Made by a program: the position numbers and the translations under genes. Shown here one piece after another: positions 57,634 through 64,000 of a DNA stretch of 64,000 nt. This stretch comes from the human T2T-CHM13v2.0 reference genome, Homo sapiens, in NCBI RefSeq assembly GCF_009914755.1, contig NC_060926.1; one strand, given 5' to 3'. Under the pieces are notes generated by a model that was given only the letters and a program-made list of their open reading frames with translations, did no database searches and was not told the DNA's origin. Positions within the stretch are counted from its first letter, which is position 1, and every line of letters starts with the position of its first letter.

Positions 57634-60019
57634 CCCACTTTCAAATTGTATGTAAATATATGTAATGGCTTTCTTTAAGCCTTGTGGTACTCAGCTATTT
57701 TGGAGACTTTCTGATCATCTGTTAAGATAAAAATGTTTTTGTTGATGGTTTTTAATTTCCTAATGAAAAATTTCTAATTTGTATTTTACTTTCAAAGTAA
57801 TGCATGCTATTTGAAATTTGAACTAGTGTATATTTAATATCACCTTTAATGAATTAAATATTATACTTCCATATTTTAATAGCCATTTAAAAGTTTTTAC
57901 TTAATTCCTTCAGCGTTTTAAAGAAAAGGACAGGAAATACATTAAAAGCAAACTCGGCAGTAGATTTTTTTTTTTAGCAATACATGTTTCATTGCATGAA
58001 ATAGAATATTTTGTTAATGTTTGAGACCATTTAAAAAACCTTCCCTTCCTCAGCTAGTCCCTGCTAAAATTCTTTCTTAATTTCTTTTAATTTAGATCTC
58101 TTTTCTATCCAGTTAACAGATAAAATGGCATGACACCCACAGATACACTTACTGTATGTCCACATTATTCACTGCTACAGTAAGGCAGATAGTCCCCTTC
58201 ATGCATTTCTATATCTTTATCACATTTTCCAGTGTTTCTCCCAGGGCACCACAGTACCATTTATTGGGTAGGGCATGAGAATATAAAAGTATACCTGTGG
58301 ATATTTTAAAAGTAACTACTAGAGAAAGAGGAATTGGCAGTATTGTGTAGTGATAAAGCACTTGACTAAGAGTCTGAAAACCTGTATTCCAGTCCTGGCT
58401 GTGCCCTGTGTTCTGTAATCTTGGAAGCCAGTTTTTGCATTCTCATTTGGCTTATGTGATCTCTAAGTCACTTTCCAAAATTATATCATTTGTGCCATGG
58501 TTCTGCAAACAAATGAGCATATTAGTGTAACATAGTATCAATAATGAAATATTGGAATAACTCTGCTTCAGTTGTAAAAATGTTAGAATCTTACAGCTTT
58601 GCCCCCACTTCTTAAAAATGTAAACTTTTAATTGAAGTCTACCTTAACGTACAGAAAAAGTACACTCATGATAACATAAAACACAGATCACAAAACATTA
58701 CCAGAATCCCAGAAGCTCCTTGGTGATGCCTTCTGGTCACTACTACTCCCCCTCCCACATCTAAGGATGACCACTCTCTTGACTTCTAACACCATAGGTT
58801 AGTTTTGGCTGTTTTTGGAATCACACAGTATGGCTTCTTGTGTCTGGCTTCTTTTGCTCAGTATTATGTTTGTACAATTTGTGTAGTTACATTTCCATAG
58901 CTATGTGGAGTTTTATGAATATATCATAGTCCATTTACCCAGTCTCCTGTTGGACTAACCATGAAGAAAAAATAAAATAAAATGAACTACATTAGGGTTA
59001 AGAAATTCTGGTAGTTTAAAAATACTTAATGATTGAATCTTTCCATTGCATACTTTTATGTACTATTTACATAAGCATTCAGATTGCAGATGTGTGCTTC
59101 AACTTTGTTAGCCTGTTGTCTCCCTTTTTCTTTTTCGCAGCAGCGATATGAATCTTTCCTTGCTTCCTTGACTAGAAAACAGGAATAATTTTCTAATGGT
59201 TTTAAAAGCATGGAAAAAATAATGGCAATAATTTAATATTTAAAATTTTTAGGTCTAGGAAAGATACAAGAATAGTTTACATTTATATTTTACAACTGGC
59301 TAGAAAGTACTTTTGTGTTTTCTTAAAACATATAAAATTAAGGATATTGATGACTTGTTTAGATACATCAATTTAAGTTTCTTTTATGCAGTTATAATTT
59401 GTAAGCTGAATGTATAGGATTTTAAAATTAATTCCGTCAACAGTTACTGAGTACCTATTATGTGTGTAGTCAGAGAACTTTGTCTTATTGTGTATATCAA
59501 ATATTATGGTAAACGGTGGGTAACACATATGTTTTGTGATCCCCCAATTTTTCCTAACATGTCAATGAAAACAAAAATGTAGAAGTTTAAAACATTTTAC
59601 TGTTTTAAATTCAGTCATTTCTCTGTTAACTCTTTCTTAAGACAACAGCTTGGGCGGGAGTCACAGATCACTGACAAGATGTCAGATAGTGGATTCGGTA
59701 TGAACTTAAATAGAAAAAAATTTATGTCTAGTACATTTACTCATATGAATATCATCCAAAGTATAAAAAATTAATGGTTTTAAAAAATGGACTGTTATTT
59801 GATGCTTACCTGAGTTTTTATTATAAGGCGTTTGTATATTTGAATAGGCTAGGCAGTTATTCCCAACTATGTAGCTTTTTCCTTTACTTTGTTTTCCTCA
59901 CCTACTTATCCTAGAGTTTACAGCGGATTTTTTTTTCCCATTTTTTAATTCATTGAAAATGAATGAATTGCTAAAAATGAAGGATTTGGGCTAAATATTT
60001 AGTGATTAATATACCCTTA

Positions 60020-60525
60020 TTGATCTATTCTGGTTAAAAAAACAAACACCTAATACTTAGTGGATTAAAACAACAATTTTGTTGTTATATCCAGCATTAT
60101 TGTGGGTCAGGAATTTGGGCAGGGCTTGGCTAGGCAATTCTTCTTTTCCACTAAGGATACATGGTGATATGCAGCTGGAGGGTCGTACCTTTTGCATGTC
60201 TGGTGCGTTAGCCGGGATGGCTGGAAGGCTAGGCTTAGCTGGGACTGTCAAACCAAGTATGTATCTGTGGCCTCTGGTATGGTGGCTCAGAGTAGTTGGA
60301 CTTCTTAAAGGGCAGCTCAGTTCTCCTGGAGAAAGTATTCCAGGAAAACAGTCTTAGATTCTGCAAGACTTATTCATATCTAGTCTTGGAAGTTACACAA
60401 CTTTTGTTGGTAAAAAAGCAAGTCACAAGGCCAGCCTAGATTCAAAGGAGAGAACTACATAAGAGCATGACTACTGGTAGGCGTGTTTCATTGGGGGTTC
60501 ATCTGTGGAGGCTAGCTATACTACA
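60020..60525 (-). mobile_element. MaLR LTR (MLT1H-like)
   Basis: ACTTAGTGGATTAAAACAAC...TGTGGGTCAGGAATTTGGGCAGGGCTTGGCT...AAGCAAGTCACAAGGCCAGCCTAGATTCAA. Confidence 0.75.
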
Positions 60526-60557
60526 AGATCTATAACTCTGCATGGTAGATGTAAAAC

Positions 60558-60840
60558 TTCTTTTTGAGACAGGGTCTCTTTGTGTCACCCAGGTTGGAAT
60601 GCAGTGGCGTGATTATGGCTCACCGCAGCTTCAACCTCTCAGTCTCAAGTGATCCTCACACTGCAGCCCCCTAAGTAGCTGGGACTACCGATGCACACCA
60701 CCACGCCTGGCTAACTTTTATATTTTTTGTTGAGATGAGGTTTTGCCATATTGCTCAGGCTGGTCTTGAACTCCTGGGATCAAGCCTGCCTCAGCCTCCC
60801 AAAGTGCTGGGATTATAGGCATGTGCCACCATGCCCAGCC
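60558..60840 (-). mobile_element. AluJ
   Basis: Dimeric Alu. Confidence 0.88.
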
Positions 60841-61405
60841 ATAAAACCACTTTTTAACAGAATGGTATTCAAATCTTATAATCCAAGCTGATTTTCATAA
60901 AATCCAACTACTTTAATATTTTATGTACCTATAAAAGCTTCCAGGGTACTCTGCAAATTTATTTCATTTTCTCTTGAAGTGTGTTGGCCTCAGACTAGAT
61001 TTTTTTTCTGTTTTATTATAAAAAATGTTTAAGAAGCAAAAAAAAAAAATTTTGCAGTGAATACCTAATTATCTACCACTAAGATTCTGTAATTAACATT
61101 TTGCTATACTTGGGTTACCATATATCTATCTGTTATCAACCTGTTTTCTGGTGAATTTAAAAGTAAGTTGCGGGTACTCAGATACAGAGTTAAATTACTT
61201 TTTTCTTCCAATCCAAACCTTAAAGGACGGTTAGAAAATATAAAGAATCTTTATTGCTATACCTTCTCCCTTTGAGAACTTATTTCCTTAGAACTTTTAA
61301 ATCTGCCTTATCGCATACCCAGCCAAACTTTGGTTTAGTTTTCCACAACTCTTACTCCTGATAGTGTCACTAAGATCTTCGTAAGAAAAGGAGAAACTCA
61401 TTTAT

Positions 61406-62026
<621 letters not shown>

Positions 62027-63503
62027 CATTTCTTTTTTAATTATAAAAACAATCATCCACAATCCTAGTATGAGTACAGCTACTCTCATTAATATGTTAC
62101 CTGTTCTTTTTCCATTTCATATCTCTACAGTTGTTGCTAGTGTATGTAATTAAAACATGTTTTGAATGTGTGACATTTTAAAGATTATTATAGCCAAACA
62201 ATGAGTGCTTGCTATTTCACTGAATGGCTGGACTGCTATTTTTAACCATGCCACAACAATTGAGTTGCTTTCTTTGCAATGGAGGAAAGCTATTGAACCA
62301 AATTAAATACTGCTTATTGTCTAAAATTGGTTATATCCAAAGTTTATCCTACCCCTCTGACTCACACCCTTAAGTAAGAGTTGAAAGTGATGAAATGGCA
62401 GAGAAACAAAGTAGTTGGAAGGAATAAAGATCTACTTGGTTCCTGGTTGATTTTGAAACTGCAAAAGCAACAGACAAGGAAGTTAGAAAAAAAATATACA
62501 GTTTTCAACTGTAATAAAACATTTTTGTTAAGTAAATTTTCATTTTTTTAACCAATATTCTGACAGTCAATATTCTCATAGTTGGACTGAGTAAATTTTT
62601 TATTTAAAGTTTACCTGCAGATTTAAGCATATCAGAAACCTTTGGTGTCAAGCTCAAGAGCTATGACATATGTATATTTACTATGAATTTTATTTGTTTT
62701 TGTAGTGGAACTTCTTTTTGAACTCTAGACAAACAAATTGTAATCTTAGGGATACAGTCCTCCTGTACTGAACAGGATTATACTTAACCCATCAAGGCAG
62801 TTGAGTCTCTAAGTTTTTTTTTCAGAGAAAGCAATTCTTGATTGTCAAGATTCGTTCTTCTCAGAATTAACCTTTACTGTAAAAAAAATTCTTATATAAC
62901 CCACATTCTTCATGTTATAGATTCAGTACATTTCTTGTTTGGCCCTCTGTGGAAACAGATGGTTACTGTTTTTCATTTAGTAACTTCAGATACTTGAAAC
63001 CTAATATTTGTCTTTTAGGCTTTGCTGTGTTTGAATTATGTTATTTACATAATGCAGACTTAAACGTAGAGTTTTCTTTGTGGAATACTGTACCCATGAA
63101 AAAGATGCTTTCTGAGGATTCTTAAAATATGCTTCTGGACTACATTTGGTCATGTTTGTGTGTCCACATATTCGTTGTCTTAATGAGTAGTTAGGTAATT
63201 TGAACTACATTGCTTGATTGCTGAACTGTAGTTTTTAGAGGATATGTCCAAATATCAGATCTGTCAACCAATATTATAACCAAACTCACTAGCAAAAATG
63301 GTCTGAATTTGATCTCCTTTTAAATATGTAGATTTACTTCTAAATATGTAGAAGACATGGGGAATTTGATCTGGGTGCTGATCATCTCACTTTTGGAACA
63401 TCCGTAGGGTACTGGATTGATCCTGTGATTAATTTATGGGTCTCAGTCAGATATGGGGTGATCCTAGAAGTTTGTGTAGTCTGTAATGAAGTGGGCTGTA
63501 GAA

Positions 63504-64000
63504 CAGGGGTCCCCAACCCTCTGGGCCACAGACTGGTAGGAACTGGGTCACACAGCAGGAGGTGAGCAGTGGGTGAGTGAGCAAAGCTTCATCTGTATTT
63601 GCAGCCGCTCCTCATCACTCTCATTACCACCTACGCTTTGCCTTCTGTCAGATCAGTGGCATTAGATTTTCATAGGAATGCAAACCCTGTTGGGAACTGT
63701 GCATGCAAGGGATCTCGGTTGCTCACTCCTTATGAGAATCTAATGCCTGATCTGTCACTGTTTTCCATCACTTCCAGATGGGACCATCTAGTTGCAGGAA
63801 AACAAGCTCAGGGCTCCCACTGATTCTACATTATAGTGAGCCATATAATTATTTTATTATATATTACAATGTAATAATAATATAAAGTGCATAATAAGTG
63901 TAATGTGTTTGAATGATCCCAGCCCTCCCCCGCTGCCCCTAGTCTGTGGAAACATTGCCTTCCACGAAACCTGTCCCTGGTATCAAAAAGTTGTAGACTG
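63504..64000 (+). mobile_element. MER1A-like hAT-Charlie DNA transposon relic
   Basis: CAGGGGTCCCCAACCC...CAGCAGGAGGTGAGC...CCTTATGAGAATCTAATGCCTGAT...GGAAAACAAGCTCAGGGCTCCCACTGATTCTACATTAT. Confidence 0.88.

Overview
Primate (human or great-ape-like) genomic DNA, dense in Alu, L1, MIR/L2, MaLR/ERVL LTR and DNA-transposon relics. The only protein-coding feature I can support is the 5' end of EML4 on the + strand: a CpG-island, TATA-less promoter (~14570-15300), a GC-rich 5' UTR with a 6-codon uORF, and the coding part of exon 1 (15110-15134, MDGFAGSL + 1 nt, phase-1 donor G|GTGAGT). Everything from 15135 to the end reads as EML4 intron 1; I did not see exon 2. Nearly all ORFs in the supplied track are Alu, L1 or CpG-island artefacts. 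I found no convincing new multi-gene system. The best leads are: a candidate frame-preserving 6-nt/21-nt microexon at 16030-16035; paired consensus antisense splice donors just inside intron 1; an exon-like CpG-retaining segment at ~53400-53700; a young L1PA2-like insertion with a short 3' transduction; a 449-bp block of foreign genomic DNA captured inside an AluJ; two compound Alus each bracketed by a single TSD pair; and a nested L1>AluJ>MLT2A structure with a perfect 64-bp tandem duplication. Repeat subfamily calls are by eye against remembered consensus sequences, and boundaries are approximate unless TSDs are given.
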